Shown here piece after piece: positions 1-10,092 of a stretch of 64,000 nucleotides of DNA; the stretch's first letter is position 1; every line of letters starts with the position of its first letter. The notes under the pieces are model-generated. The model was given only the letters and a program-made list of their open reading frames with translations, ran no database searches and was not told where the DNA came from. The DNA comes from Salinivirgaceae bacterium (GTDB taxonomy: Bacteria; Bacteroidota; Bacteroidia; Bacteroidales; SZUA-534). The position numbers and the translations under genes were made by a program. The stretch spans positions 138,628 through 202,627 of the forward strand of contig JBAYKX010000001.1 in assembly GCA_041664345.1 (NCBI GenBank). The letters run 5' to 3'.

Positions 1-3000
1 AAAGTTAGCATCCAGATATAGCCTAACCGTGAAAAGCTCTCCGGCATTGGATATTAGGTAAGGATTCCCTTCGGATCCATCGCCGCCGCTAAACCCGGAA
101 TGTGCAAAGGTTGATGCATTGTTCGATGGGCTTGATTCGGAACCGCTGTAAATTGCGGTTATCTGGTAATTGTAAGTAATGTAATTTGTTAAACCACCGT
201 CATCATAGCTTAGAGTTGATGTTTGATTCAAATAGGAGCCATCGCGATAAATATAATACCCCGTAACACCTTCAAACGATGGCGCTTGCCATGTCAAGGA
301 AATATAACCATTGTGCGGGGTAGCTGTAAGCTTTGAAGGAGGAATGTACGTTGGAGGATAATTAAACGAACCCGGTGAACCTTGCCATTGCAAGAAAGGA
401 TAGGTTGAACCTTCATATATAGTCCAAATTGAGCTAAATGGCCACTCAATAAATGTAGTGGATGTAATCATTTGCAATGTATTTTTAGGTTCACCAAGTG
501 CTGAAGTTATCTGTGCACTGGTCTCAATGTTCCAGTAACAATTGGTTGCCGTTGATTCATATTGTAAACCAACTAAACCTCCGGCACCATCACCGGTAAC
601 CCTACCAACAGAATAGCAATTGGCTAAGCTACTATTATCGAATTCGCCAATTAGTCCTCCAATATTGGAATTGCCTATAACATCACCAGTAGCATAGCTA
701 TTTGAAATTGTACTCGATTCAGTTACAAGGCCAACTAAACCACCAAACCATGAACCAACACCTTCCACTTTTCCTGTAGAAAAACATCTATCTACTGAAC
801 TATTAATAAGCCGGGAGATTAGTCCTCCTGCTTGCTGGTGTGAACTTGCTCCACCTATCATTTGAACGTTAACTGAAGAGGAACTATTATCAATGGTACT
901 ACCAAAATAAAGGTTTGCCACCAAACCAGCGGAAAACATTTGGCCTTGAGAATTTCCGGAAGCATAACAATTTGAAATGTGTCCATTATCTTGCAGTCGG
1001 GCAACTAAAGGAGCTACCCTTTGATTTCCGGCAATGTTAGCATTTTCCAATCGGATGTTAGTAAGGGTTGCACCAATTGCCCAACCAAAGAGTGCTACAT
1101 AATTTGAGTCAGGACGGTTAATGGTTAGGCCGTTAATGAAATTATTATTACCGTTATAATTACCATAAAACTTTGATAATTTATTCCCAATAGGTTCCCA
1201 ACCTTCCCCATTATTCCAAGGGTAAACCCCAAGGTCAATATTTGCTATCTGGCTGAAGTATGTACCCGCATTTTCAATTCCTAATAAAAAGCGGACGTTG
1301 TTTAAGTGTTCCGGTGTTGATATTAGGTATGGATCGGCTTGTGAGCCACTACCTCCGGCAAATAGGTTTGCAATATTTACCAAATTCATATCTCCCAAGC
1401 TTACTAAGGAAATGTCATCAATATAAACAATTTCAGAGGTAGCCGATGGCATGATATTAAACTTTGTGGAAGTGTTAGATTCCAATTGGTCGAATGTTAC
1501 ATATCGCTTATAAACGGTAGGAGTAGTAGTTAAAGCTATAATCCATTCCGACCGGCCTCCAATAGCATCGGCATCGGTTGAAGCCCCAAAACGATTGTAA
1601 GTAACCTCATCTTCAAAGTCAATATTTATTTCTCTATACGCATCGGACCAAGCCGTAAAAGTTAACATATACGATGTATCTTTATAAACTACCCAATTCG
1701 ATTGATTTACATGCAGTTGCCAAACCTCTGCTGCTGCAACGGGAACCATGGTGCAAACACCATTCACAACACTTGCTGTGCCCCCATTACCCGACCAGGT
1801 AGCCCAAGGGTATTCAATGGGGCCATCAGTGGCAAAGCGACCGTTTTTTATGATATTCACATCGCTGAGCGTAACCACCTGATTGCTGAGGGTAATTTGC
1901 ATAGAACCTGTTATACCGGTGCCATCTTTTGCAGTAGCAACCACTGTAACAGTACCATCAACTTTGGCGGTAAGCAAGCCATTGGCATCAATTGAGGCTT
2001 TACCTGTTTCGTTTATTACGCTCCACGAAGGGATGGGGTAGGTTGTATTTTCAGGCAACACCAATGCACTCATTTGTAACGTTCCACCATCGGCAGAAAT
2101 GGTTGTTGCATTTCCTACGGAAGAAACTGTAATACTGGTAACCAATACCACCGCATCGGAAGTATCGAAAGTTGCTGTACCGCAACCGTCCATATTAAAA
2201 TACGATTCGTCTATTGCACCCACATTTGCCCAAACGGCCCGTTGACGTGGAATTTCTTCATTATCCCTGTCAATTATGGTAACATCGAACCCAATGGTAT
2301 CCGTTGTTTGCAATTGAAAACCTGTGTTGTCGAATAGTTTTGAAAAAGGGACAAAGTATTCAGCCACATAATTTGGGGCTGAAACCAAGAAAGCATTTAT
2401 AACTCCATCTGCAGCCGTTACAGGGGTACCATCAATCTCGGTTTCAACAAAAGGTGGAGAAACCTGATAATGACCTTGACCATCGATAGCACCAATACCA
2501 TCGGCCAAAATTGGATTTACATCAAAATAGATTTCAGGTTTGTCGTATTCCCAATTATTTAAAGGAGTTGCTCCCATATAAGCTGGGAAAAAAACATCAT
2601 CGGTTACCGTGAGTAAAATATAAATGCCATCATTAGTCCATAAGGCTTTCCAAGTTGTAGAGCCTGATACACCCAGAGTTGGGGTATTTGTTTGAAACGG
2701 TTTATCAATAGTATAAGTTAATGCTTCTGCCCATACTGCATCCATACTACCATCAACGATAGGAGCCGTTGAAGCCTTTTTAAATAAAGCAGTGGGTTTT
2801 ACTGCTGGATATATCCATACATCATTGGTTGTAAAATCAGCGGCATCAATAGTAATTATTCGGTCGCCGGTAACATTATCTCCAAAATTCCAAGTGGCGT
2901 TTTTAAAATATTTATATTTTAATTCGCCATAGTTGGTGTCAATAGCCACTGTTCCGGTGAATATCTTATCGTTGTTGTCATCCGTCAATACAAATGATTC

Positions 3001-4854
3001 ACCAGTTCCAGGCATATCCCAGCCTATAACTGGGTCTATTGCATTGGCAAAGGTTCCGGTAACATAAAGGGTATCGGTTCCAACTATAAAATCGCCCACA
3101 TTTATGGGTTGGGTCATATCAACGTTGAAGGTAAGGTTAATGGTGGAAGGGGCAGCTGCTGGAAGTACCGTAAAACCATAATCTTCAGATTCGCCGTACC
3201 ATAACTGAGCGCAAGGGTCAGTTGGTGCACCATAATAATTATAATCTGCTCTTACCCGCATTCTGTAGGTGCCAGGATTGGCAGAAACAGGTACCACAAA
3301 ACTGCTGGTTAAGGTGTATAAATTGCTTGAATTGGCATCTGCAATTACCTGTTCTGTTACATCAAAATAAAGGTCATCGTTAAAGTCGATCCAAACGGAA
3401 TATGCTAAATAATAAGGATATGTTGAAGGGGATGTAAATGAAAGGGTTGTTGTAGCACCTTGATAATTGGATGCAATTTTTGAACTGCTATAATCTGAAT
3501 ACGAAGATACAGAACAGTCGGTAGGGTTACTAAAATCGGAAACCCCGCCACTGGTTGTTACATCGGTAATCCAAAAATTATTACTGCACGCACCATAATA
3601 AGAATCCACGAGAGTACAATAGGATACCATCATTTGCTCCATAGAAAGGGTTGCTGCCGGTTCATGGCTGGTATATTTGCGCACCCTGATGTTGTCTTCG
3701 TATCGCAATTGAAGATTAGCAGATGCATACCAAACATGATCCCGGGTAAAAACGTTCAACGGGGTAGTAAGGGGCATGGTTGCCACAATATCGTTTTCCC
3801 ATAATAATGGTCCACCGGGTTGTGTTGCAGGAACATTCACCGAATAGTGAAACATACCATCAGGTTTCCTGGTAATACTAAGATAGTATTCCGGGTCGTA
3901 GGTGGTGCTCCAATACTGGTCGCTGTATGAGTTTCCGGTTGTAACACTATCAACATTTGTATTTACTGAAATCAAACCATAGTCCTGAAAATCAATTACC
4001 GATGAGTTTGTCCACGAAGATGATTCCATGCTTAAACCTACCGTACGGTAAACATATCCACCTTTCATAAAATTCATCTCGAGTACAACGGGTTCAGTAA
4101 AACTTTGGATAGATTGCACGTAAGCCTCAGATTCTGGGTTGGTAGCGGGCGAATGGTGTTCTAACCTTTGGTTTTGTTCGATAACTTGCCCCGAATTGGA
4201 GTAAATAACATTCCATTTTGCTGCATCTAAGGAATTATCATCAAAATCATCGCCCATTAAAAAGGTGGTGGCAATGTTGCTTTCGGAACCGGCAGATTGG
4301 TTTCCATATACTAAATGGACAGTGGTGCTGGATGATGCATTAATAACTGGAATCTTTACCCAAACGTGTGTAGTAGCTGTATTTGCGGCAAATTCGTTTT
4401 GGATTCCCGGATCGACCCAATAGGAAAGGTTATCGGAAAAATCAGTGGTGAACCGGATATCCGAACCATCAATATTCATTTTTCCTGCTGCAATAAGGTC
4501 ATAAGTATTCACAATTACCAATACTGAATAATCGGTAAGGGTATTTGGATTACCGGTATTATCAATGTTTATGGCGTTGTAGTATTGCCATGAACTAAAA
4601 GCACCTTTTGAGTGGTCTACAGCTTTGATTCCATTAACCGGCAGCTTTTCGTGAAAATTATCCCCTTTTGTATTAATTTGATTTGGAATGGGGATAATTT
4701 TTTTATCATTTGCTGCCATCGAACTTTTTGTTGTTGATGAAACAACCGCATTATTCGAAATATTTTGCCTGACTTGCGCGGATAAATTCTGTGAAAAAAT
4801 AATTGCTGTGATTAGGAGCCACAAACTCGTAAAGCCGAAGTATATTGTTTTCAT
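1..4854 (-). CDS. Large secreted multidomain surface protein; the C-terminal end runs off the left edge of the window
   Basis: Absent from the ORF track because no stop lies in the window. Minus-strand reading from ATG 4854..4852 (alternative in-frame ATG at 4872) gives MKTIYFGFTSLWLLITAIIFSQNLSAQ, a signal peptide, and my hand translation stays open to position 1. That translation shows a DIRF..YWV / HVWVKIP segment (DUF2341-like), YGESEDY (GEVED-like), an Ig-like Big_2-type segment, GLUG-type repeats and an Fn3-like end. Confidence 0.75.
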   Translation of the reverse strand, partial: MKTIYFGFTSLWLLITAIIFSQNLSAQVRQNISNNAVVSSTTKSSMAANDKKIIPIPNQINTKGDNFHEKLPVNGIKAVDHSKGAFSSWQYYNAINIDNTGNPNTLTDYSVLVIVNTYDLIAAGKMNIDGSDIRFTTDFSDNLSYWVDPGIQNEFAANTATTHVWVKIPVINASSSTTVHLVYGNQSAGSESNIATTFLMGDDFDDNSLDAAKWNVIYSNSGQVIEQNQRLEHHSPATNPESEAYVQSIQSFTEPVVLEMNFMKGGYVYRTVGLSMESSSWTNSSVIDFQDYGLISVNTNVDSVTTGNSYSDQYWSTTYDPEYYLSITRKPDGMFHYSVNVPATQPGGPLLWENDIVATMPLTTPLNVFTRDHVWYASANLQLRYEDNIRVRKYTSHEPAATLSMEQMMVSYCTLVDSYYGACSNNFWITDVTTSGGVSDFSNPTDCSVSSYSDYSSSKIASNYQGATTTLSFTSPSTYPYYLAYSVWIDFNDDLYFDVTEQVIADANSSNLYTLTSSFVVPVSANPGTYRMRVRADYNYYGAPTDPCAQLWYGESEDYGFTVLPAAAPSTINLTFNVDMTQPINVGDFIVGTDTLYVTGTFANAIDPVIGWDMPGTGESFVLTDDNNDKIFTGTVAIDTNYGELKYKYFKNATWNFGDNVTGDRIITIDAADFTTNDVWIYPAVKPTALFKKASTAPIVDGSMDAVWAEALTYTIDKPFQTNTPTLGVSGSTTWKALWTNDGIYILLTVTDDVFFPAYMGATPLNNWEYDKPEIYFDVNPILADGIGAIDGQGHYQVSPPFVETEIDGTPVTAADGVINAFLVSAPNYVAEYFVPFSKLFDNTGFQLQTTDTIGFDVTIIDRDNEEIPRQRAVWANVGAIDESYFNMDGCGTATFDTSDAVVLVTSITVSSVGNATTISADGGTLQMSALVLPENTTYPIPSWSVINETGKASIDANGLLTAKVDGTVTVVATAKDGTGITGSMQITLSNQVVTLSDVNIIKNGRFATDGPIEYPWATWSGNGGTASVVNGVCTMVPVAAAEVWQLHVNQSNWVVYKDTSYMLTFTAWSDAYREINIDFEDEVTYNRFGASTDADAIGGRSEWIIALTTTPTVYKRYVTFDQLESNTSTKFNIMPSATSEIVYIDDISLVSLGDMNLVNIANLFAGGSGSQADPYLISTPEHLNNVRFLLGIENAGTYFSQIANIDLGVYPWNNGEGWEPIGNKLSKFYGNYNGNNNFINGLTINRPDSNYVALFGWAIGATLTNIRLENANIAGNQRVAPLVARLQDNGHISNCYASGNSQGQMFSAGLVANLYFGSTIDNSSSSVNVQMIGGASSHQQAGGLISRLINSSVDRCFSTGKVEGVGSWFGGLVGLVTESSTISNSYATGDVIGNSNIGGLIGEFDNSSLANCYSVGRVTGDGAGGLVGLQYESTATNCYWNIETSAQITSALGEPKNTLQMITSTTFIEWPFSSIWTIYEGSTYPFLQWQGSPGSFNYPPTYIPPSKLTATPHNGYISLTWQAPSFEGVTGYYIYRDGSYLNQTSTLSYDDGGLTNYITYNYQITAIYSGSESSPSNNASTFAHSGFSGGDGSEGNPYLISNAGELFTVRLYLDANF
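540..1100 (-). repeat. GLUG-type repeat modules inside the partial giant CDS
   Basis: Hand translation gives recurring units: ..QQAGGLISRLINSSVDRCFSTGKVEG.., ..WFGGLVGLVTESSTISNSYATGDVIG.., ..NIGGLIGEFDNSSLANCYSVGRVTG.., ..GAGGLVGLQY.. Each has a GGLxG motif followed by N(S/C)Y. Confidence 0.6.
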
Positions 4855-5228
4855 AATGAAACGATTAAACATGTATGTTAATCAAAGGATTTTATTTATC
4901 AAAAATAAGAAATTATTGAATAGAAAAGTAGGAAGATTTTAAAAAAGGCAGTTCTTTTTTTTCGTGTTATCATCCTTGATGTTAGTTGCTACCATAATTG
5001 GCTATTGAAACGAAAACAAACCACTTCACAAAAGGCTATTCAAAGTATAAAAGATGCTGTTTTTGATTGTAACAAACTCTCAATATACCGTCTGCAATTT
5101 TCAATTCCTAATACCCAAATTGAGCGATTTGCTATCGCAAATCTGCTCAATCGACTAAGAAATTGTAAGCAATTCACTTTTATACTATTCACCTGTATTT
5201 TGAATTGCAACAATTTCTAGGTCGGGGT

Positions 5229-5290
5229 TATACCTAAGTAAAGCGCTTTTTCCCCCGAGGACTCGGGGTCAAATCGCTCAACTTAGGTAT
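5229..5290. repeat. Nested palindromic element directly downstream of the polyprenyl synthase stop
   Basis: The outer 10-bp arms are perfect: atacctaagt (5230-5239) and acttaggtat (5281-5290). They enclose an inner GC hairpin, ccccgag-gac-ctcgggg (5253-5268). No T-run follows on the minus strand, so I do not call it a classical terminator. Confidence 0.6.
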
Positions 5291-5293
5291 TAG

Positions 5294-6268
5294 TTACTTT
5301 TTCCGTTCTGTAGTATAAACAACCAACTGAACTAAGGCAGCGTTAGCCTCGTTTTGAGGGAATTGACCCAAGATAGTCAGGGCTTTGTTTTTATAGTCGA
5401 GCATAATAGTATGAGCATACTCCATGCCGCCATTATTTTTTACAAAATCCATGATTTCGTCCACCATTTGGGTGCTTTTATTTTTTTTGCGCATCAGTTT
5501 TATAATCCGGCTTTTTTCCGATGAACTGCATTTGGTAAGGGCGTGAATGAAAGGCAGAGTCATCTTTCGTTCTTTTATGTCGTTGCCCGATGGTTTACCA
5601 AAAATGCCATTACGGTCGTAATCGAACAGGTCGTCGCGAATTTGGAAGGCCATACCAAGGTATTCGCCAAATAATTCCATCTGCTTCTGGTTCTCAGCAT
5701 TAGTTCTCACCGAATGGGTTCCGGCTGCTGTACAGGCAACCATTAACGAGGCGGTTTTTTTTCGGATAATTTCAAAATAAGTGGCTTCGTCAATATCCAG
5801 TTTGCGTGATTTTTCAATTTGTATCAGCTCCCCTTCGCTCATGTTTTCTACCGCATGCGAAACTATTTTCAGCAATTCGAATTCTTCTTTATGTACTGCC
5901 AGCAACAATCCTTTTGCCAACAAGTAGTCGCCAAATAGTACGGCAATTTTGTTTTTCCACAGGGCATTGATTGAGAAAAAACCGCGCCTCATGTTCGAAT
6001 CGTCCACCACATCATCATGTACTAAAGAAGCCGTATGCATCATTTCAATCATGGAAGCTGCATGATAGGTTGATTCATTAACTTCGCCATTCAACCGGGC
6101 CGAAAGAAAAACCAGCATGGGACGCATTTGTTTTCCTTTTTGCTTAACCAGATAATTGATAATGATATTTAATAGCGTTGATTTACTTTTAAGGTAGGAG
6201 TTAAAATAAGTTTGGAAATTCTTCATTTCCTGCTCAATGGGAGCTTTTATAGAATCAATGGCTGACAT
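5294..6268 (-). CDS. Polyprenyl diphosphate synthase (trans-isoprenyl diphosphate synthase family)
   Basis: 324 aa with both aspartate-rich motifs: LVHDDVVDDSNMRRG and FQIRDDLFDY. Confidence 0.9.
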   Translation of the reverse strand: MSAIDSIKAPIEQEMKNFQTYFNSYLKSKSTLLNIIINYLVKQKGKQMRPMLVFLSARLNGEVNESTYHAASMIEMMHTASLVHDDVVDDSNMRRGFFSINALWKNKIAVLFGDYLLAKGLLLAVHKEEFELLKIVSHAVENMSEGELIQIEKSRKLDIDEATYFEIIRKKTASLMVACTAAGTHSVRTNAENQKQMELFGEYLGMAFQIRDDLFDYDRNGIFGKPSGNDIKERKMTLPFIHALTKCSSSEKSRIIKLMRKKNKSTQMVDEIMDFVKNNGGMEYAHTIMLDYKNKALTILGQFPQNEANAALVQLVVYTTERKK

Positions 6269-6434
6269 TCAAAATAATTTTGGCTAAAAATAGTAATTTA
6301 TATGCACTTCTAACCTAACGATACCTTTAATTATTGCGGAATGTCTTTAAGCATCTTGAATGCTTTAAATGCAAGTTTTTAATTAATGTCGGCTCGTTGA
6401 ATGTAACTTAGCTGGCAATGAAATTTTCACCATT

Positions 6435-6611
6435 GGGAAGATGGGGAAATAGAAAGATGGAAAACTGGAAAGATGAGAAAATGGGAAGGTGGAAAGAAGG
6501 AACTTGCAGCGCCCGCTGCGAGATTTTAAAAGATAGAAAAATAGAAGAGTAGAATGGTCCAAAACTGGGAAGATGGAAAATGGGAAGATGGGAAGGTCAG
6601 GAAATGGGAAT
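6435..6611. repeat. Purine-rich degenerate ~7-bp tandem array split by a GC palindrome
   Basis: Runs such as gggaaga/tggggaa/atagaaa/gatggaa lie on both sides of acttgcagcgcccgctgcgag (6502-6522). Confidence 0.7.
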
Positions 6612-6749
6612 ATCTTTATATAATTATCATTTTATCATTGTACTAATTTTGAGTTTTGGTTTTTTTTGATTTTTGTCCCGATAGCTATCGGGATGATTTA
6701 TGGAGTTTTCTACTAACACTGATTATCTTCATTGGGAAATCCTTTCGGA

Positions 6750-7346
6750 TTATTGCTGAACCGGATTTTTTTCGACAATATAAAAATCCAAAATGGAGTT
6801 TGGTATTATTACTTTTGAGATTTTACCTTCCGAAAAAATAAATTCCATGTGCGACTCATCGTTTAATATATAAGTAGAATCGTTCTTTTTTATAAAGGAT
6901 TTATTGAAACCCGAATATTCTGAAAACACGGAATCCTTGCCAACAAACTCATTAAAATACAGTTGAGTAATAGCGGAATACACTATTTGTGTGGTGCTGG
7001 TATCTTTGGCATTCAACCGCTCAATTCGGGTTACTCCCTTTTTACGGGTTACTTTGGCGTAATGTTGTGGTTTTCCGTTTACTTTTATCCATGCCAAGGA
7101 ATTAGTAAGCTCTTTGTCTTTAAAATCGGATTCCATAAGGTATTCAATTTCATAAAGCGACCATAAACCAAAGTGGGTTTCCAGTTTGTAGCTTTCATTG
7201 TGCGATTTGGCATCAATGTTTTGGGTAACTTTTAATTCGCCCAACTTCATTAATTTGGTTTCAATGCTAAAATACCTGACGTTTTGTCCAATGGAATTGG
7301 ACACCGATAAAAGGAATATTCCACCAATCAAAAAGTTACGCATCAT
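6750..7346 (-). CDS. Hypothetical secreted protein
   Basis: 198-aa ORF with an N-terminal signal-like segment, MMRNFLIGGIFLLSVSNSIGQ. I recognise no family. Confidence 0.6.
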   Translation of the reverse strand: MMRNFLIGGIFLLSVSNSIGQNVRYFSIETKLMKLGELKVTQNIDAKSHNESYKLETHFGLWSLYEIEYLMESDFKDKELTNSLAWIKVNGKPQHYAKVTRKKGVTRIERLNAKDTSTTQIVYSAITQLYFNEFVGKDSVFSEYSGFNKSFIKKNDSTYILNDESHMEFIFSEGKISKVIIPNSILDFYIVEKNPVQQ

Positions 7347-7528
7347 TTGATAATCTTATATTTACATGGCAGCCATGCAAAATACCAGTTCTTTATTTAG
7401 GGCACAAAAGTAATTATTTTGAGCAATAATAGAGCAACTCTCCGGTCATTCAAAAATCAACTTCTTTATGGAAAGGTTAATTGCTTGCGATTAGTTATCT
7501 TTACCGCCGAATTAAAGACAATAAGAAA

Positions 7529-7885
7529 ATGGCACACTCAATGGATACACCAAAACCCCGCCAAAATAAGGTAGCTCGGTTGGTACAAAAAGAATTGGCA
7601 GAAATGTTCCTGAAATTTGCTAAAGACTGGATGCCCGGTGTGTTGGTAAGTGTTTCATCGGTAAGGGTTAGCCCCGATTTTGCCTTGGCCAAGGTTTACA
7701 TTAGCATTTTCCCTACCGATAAGACAGAAAAAGTACTGGAAACGTTGAACCACAACAATAAAGAAATTCGGTATCAATTGGGACAACGGGTAAAAAATCA
7801 ATTACGGATAGTACCTGAAATAGCAATTTTTGTGGACGATTCGCTCGATTATATCGATAACATTGATAAACTGTTGAAAGAATAA
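7529..7885 (+). CDS. rbfA: Ribosome-binding factor A
   Basis: Shows KVARLVQKELAEMF, VSVSSVRVSPDFALAKVYISIF and a typical RbfA length. I prefer the internal ATG at 7529 (MAHSMD..) over the track start at 7481. Confidence 0.85.
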   Translation: MAHSMDTPKPRQNKVARLVQKELAEMFLKFAKDWMPGVLVSVSSVRVSPDFALAKVYISIFPTDKTEKVLETLNHNNKEIRYQLGQRVKNQLRIVPEIAIFVDDSLDYIDNIDKLLKE

Positions 7886-7889
7886 CAGC

Positions 7890-8672
7890 ATGAAATGGAT
7901 TATTGGTTTATTGAGCAGGTATATACCCCGCCATATACAACAAGTTATTGCTCACCGCTTGCTTATCATTCTGTCGGTTTTCTATCGGGGCAATCGCTAT
8001 CAGGATCCCATCGACGGTAAAACCTACCGGAAACTGTTGCCTTATGGTCAGGTGAACAAACGCGAAAATGCGTTAGCCCCGCTGAGTATGTCGTTGGAGC
8101 GGCACCGTTTGATTTGGTTGTATTTGAAAGAAAAAACCGATTTTTTCAGTGCTCCGCAAAGATTTTTACATGTGGCTCCCGAATATTGTTTTTTAAGGAA
8201 ATTCAAGAAGCAAAAAAACCTGACTTACATTACCGGAGACTTGATTTCGCCTTGGGCCGATGTTAAAATGGATGTACGCAACATTCCTTTTCCGGATAAT
8301 GAATTCGATGTGGCTATGTGTAACCACGTTTTTGAACATGTGGTGGAAGACCGTCAGGCCATGAGCGAATTTTACCGGGTGCTGAAACCCGGAGGATGGG
8401 CCATTTTTCAAGTGCCATTAGATACCACCCGCGAAACCACTTTTGAAGATGCGAGCATTACCAGCCCACAGGATAGGGAAAAGCATTTCTGGCAGCACGA
8501 CCACGTAAGGCTTTACGGGCGCGACTATGGCAAACGACTGTCTCAAGCCGGTTTTACAGTTACCGAAAATGACTTTATCAAAGAAGTAGGCCTGGAGCTT
8601 TCCAAACGATATGCATTACCGCTGGGCGAGATACTTTATATTTGCCGGAAAAAACTGGAAATTAGAAATTAG
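7890..8672 (+). CDS. Class I SAM-dependent methyltransferase
   Basis: Methyltransf_11-like core: FPDNEFDVAMCNHVFEHVVEDRQAMSEFYRVLKPGGWAIFQVP. The last codons and the stop lie inside the following heptamer array. Confidence 0.75.
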   Translation: MKWIIGLLSRYIPRHIQQVIAHRLLIILSVFYRGNRYQDPIDGKTYRKLLPYGQVNKRENALAPLSMSLERHRLIWLYLKEKTDFFSAPQRFLHVAPEYCFLRKFKKQKNLTYITGDLISPWADVKMDVRNIPFPDNEFDVAMCNHVFEHVVEDRQAMSEFYRVLKPGGWAIFQVPLDTTRETTFEDASITSPQDREKHFWQHDHVRLYGRDYGKRLSQAGFTVTENDFIKEVGLELSKRYALPLGEILYICRKKLEIRN

Positions 8673-8718
8673 AGTATAGAAGTTAGAAGACCGAAGATTG
8701 AAGTCAGAAGTTGGAATT
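8657..8718. repeat. Degenerate heptamer array (NNNGAAG)n
   Basis: Reads ttagaaa/ttagagt/atagaag/ttagaag/accgaag/attgaag/tcagaag/ttggaat with a period of 7. It abuts the left end of the IS. Confidence 0.75.
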
Positions 8719-8779
8719 TGTCCTCACATGAAATAGGTTGACAAAAAGTTTGGTTAATAACTTTTAAATTTGACCAATT

Positions 8780-9139
8780 ATGACAACAACAGAAAAAATG
8801 AGAAGACAATTTACGGAAGCATTCAAAAAAGAAAAAGTTTCCCAATTAGACGAACGGAAAATTACCGTTTTGCAATTATCAAGGATATATGAAGTATCTG
8901 AAACCGCCATCTATAAATGGGTAAGAAAGTATTCAAAATTTGCAGGCAAACATGAAAGGATTGTGGTTGAAAAAGAATCTGAAGGCCAGAAGAACATAGA
9001 ACTGTTGAAAAAGTTGGCTGAAACGGAAAGGCTCCTTGGCCGAAAAGAAATAGAGTTGGAGTACCTTAAAAAAGTGATAGAATTTGGTTCAGAATATGCC
9101 GGGGCTGATATCAAAAAAAAGTACGAATCCCAGTCCTGA
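8780..9139 (+). CDS. IS3-family transposase OrfA (HTH)
   Basis: 119 aa with FTEAFKKEKVSQL and an HTH (LSRIYEVSETAIYKWVRKY), followed by a leucine-zipper-like coiled coil. Confidence 0.9.
   Translation: MTTTEKMRRQFTEAFKKEKVSQLDERKITVLQLSRIYEVSETAIYKWVRKYSKFAGKHERIVVEKESEGQKNIELLKKLAETERLLGRKEIELEYLKKVIEFGSEYAGADIKKKYESQS
9113..9121 (+). promoter_or_regulatory. Candidate programmed -1 frameshift site (A8G) joining orfA to orfB
   Basis: The orfA frame reads GAT ATC AAA AAA AAG TAC. The -1 frame is open from here (..KKVRIPVLNWFSIHHKEFGYSMESVYEISGVSRQGYF) into orfB. A-rich heptamers are the usual IS3 slippery motif. Confidence 0.7.
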
Positions 9140-9177
9140 ATTGGTTTAGCATCCATCATAAAGAATTTGGGTATAGT

Positions 9178-10035
9178 ATGGAATCAGTATATGAAATATC
9201 AGGTGTAAGCAGACAAGGCTATTTTCAGGAAAAAAAGCGGGGCATGCAAAAAGAATCCATTCTGGAACGGACACAAGAAATGGTTCTACAAGTGCGGGCA
9301 GATCACCCCAAAATAGCGGCCAGGCCAATGCACTATATGCTTAATATTGATATGATGGGGATTAATAAGTTTGAGGAGTTAATCTCAAGTTTAGGCCTGG
9401 GGATAAAACGCAAAAAGCTATGGATAAAAACGACAAACAGCAACCACAATTACCGTACCTATGGCAACCTGGTAAATGGGATAGTGTTGGACGGAATAAA
9501 CCAATTATGGGTGAGCGATATAACATACCTCATAATGCAAGAAAAGGTATACTACATCATTTTCATCCAGGATGTATACAGCAGGGCAATTTTGGGATAT
9601 TCGGCAAGTGATAATATGTACACAATCAACAATATATGGACATTGAAGATGGCATTAAAAAGCAGGGGTACAAAGGCTATACCGGGGTTAATCCACCATT
9701 CGGATAAAGGCAGTCAATATTGTTCCAATGAGTACATAAAATTGATGAAAAGTTCGGGCATGAACATAAGTATGGCATCCAATAGTCTCGAAAACCCTTA
9801 TGCAGAAAGGCTAAATGGGACAGTAAAAAACGACTATCTTTTGGCATATGATAACAGTACTTTGAGCAAATTAAAAAAGTCATTGGATAGGGTGGTTTGG
9901 CTATACAATAACGAAAGGCCACATTCAGAACTTGGCTACTTATCGCCAGCCAAATATGAAGGCAAAATTGCAAATATGGCAATAGGGCAAAGGTATAAAA
10001 TGGAATTATATGATTTTAGGAAGGATTTGAAATAA
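9178..10035 (+). CDS. IS3-family transposase OrfB (DDE / rve integrase core)
   Basis: Shows WVSDITY, HHSDKGSQY and NPYAERLNGTVK, the DDE spacing typical of the rve fold. It is probably expressed as an OrfAB fusion. Confidence 0.9.
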   Translation: MESVYEISGVSRQGYFQEKKRGMQKESILERTQEMVLQVRADHPKIAARPMHYMLNIDMMGINKFEELISSLGLGIKRKKLWIKTTNSNHNYRTYGNLVNGIVLDGINQLWVSDITYLIMQEKVYYIIFIQDVYSRAILGYSASDNMYTINNIWTLKMALKSRGTKAIPGLIHHSDKGSQYCSNEYIKLMKSSGMNISMASNSLENPYAERLNGTVKNDYLLAYDNSTLSKLKKSLDRVVWLYNNERPHSELGYLSPAKYEGKIANMAIGQRYKMELYDFRKDLK

Positions 10036-10092
10036 GCCTTTCCTACGCTGGGTTTTGAAAGGCATGCCCCCATAAGAATAATAGAAAAAAGG

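Noticed and set aside
1260-1995. + strand ORFs 1260-1442 and 1702-1995
   Set aside because: They are antisense to the open minus-strand frame of the partial giant gene.
5005-5220. 71-aa + strand ORF between the giant gene and the polyprenyl synthase
   Set aside because: It has no motif, an odd composition, and lies in the probable promoter/leader region of the minus-strand giant gene.
6435-6611. Tandem arrays (also at 8657, 10416, 20238, 36682, 51075 and 55262/55661) considered as CRISPR arrays
   Set aside because: The period is only 7-8 bp with no unique spacers and no cas genes, so they are simple tandem repeats.
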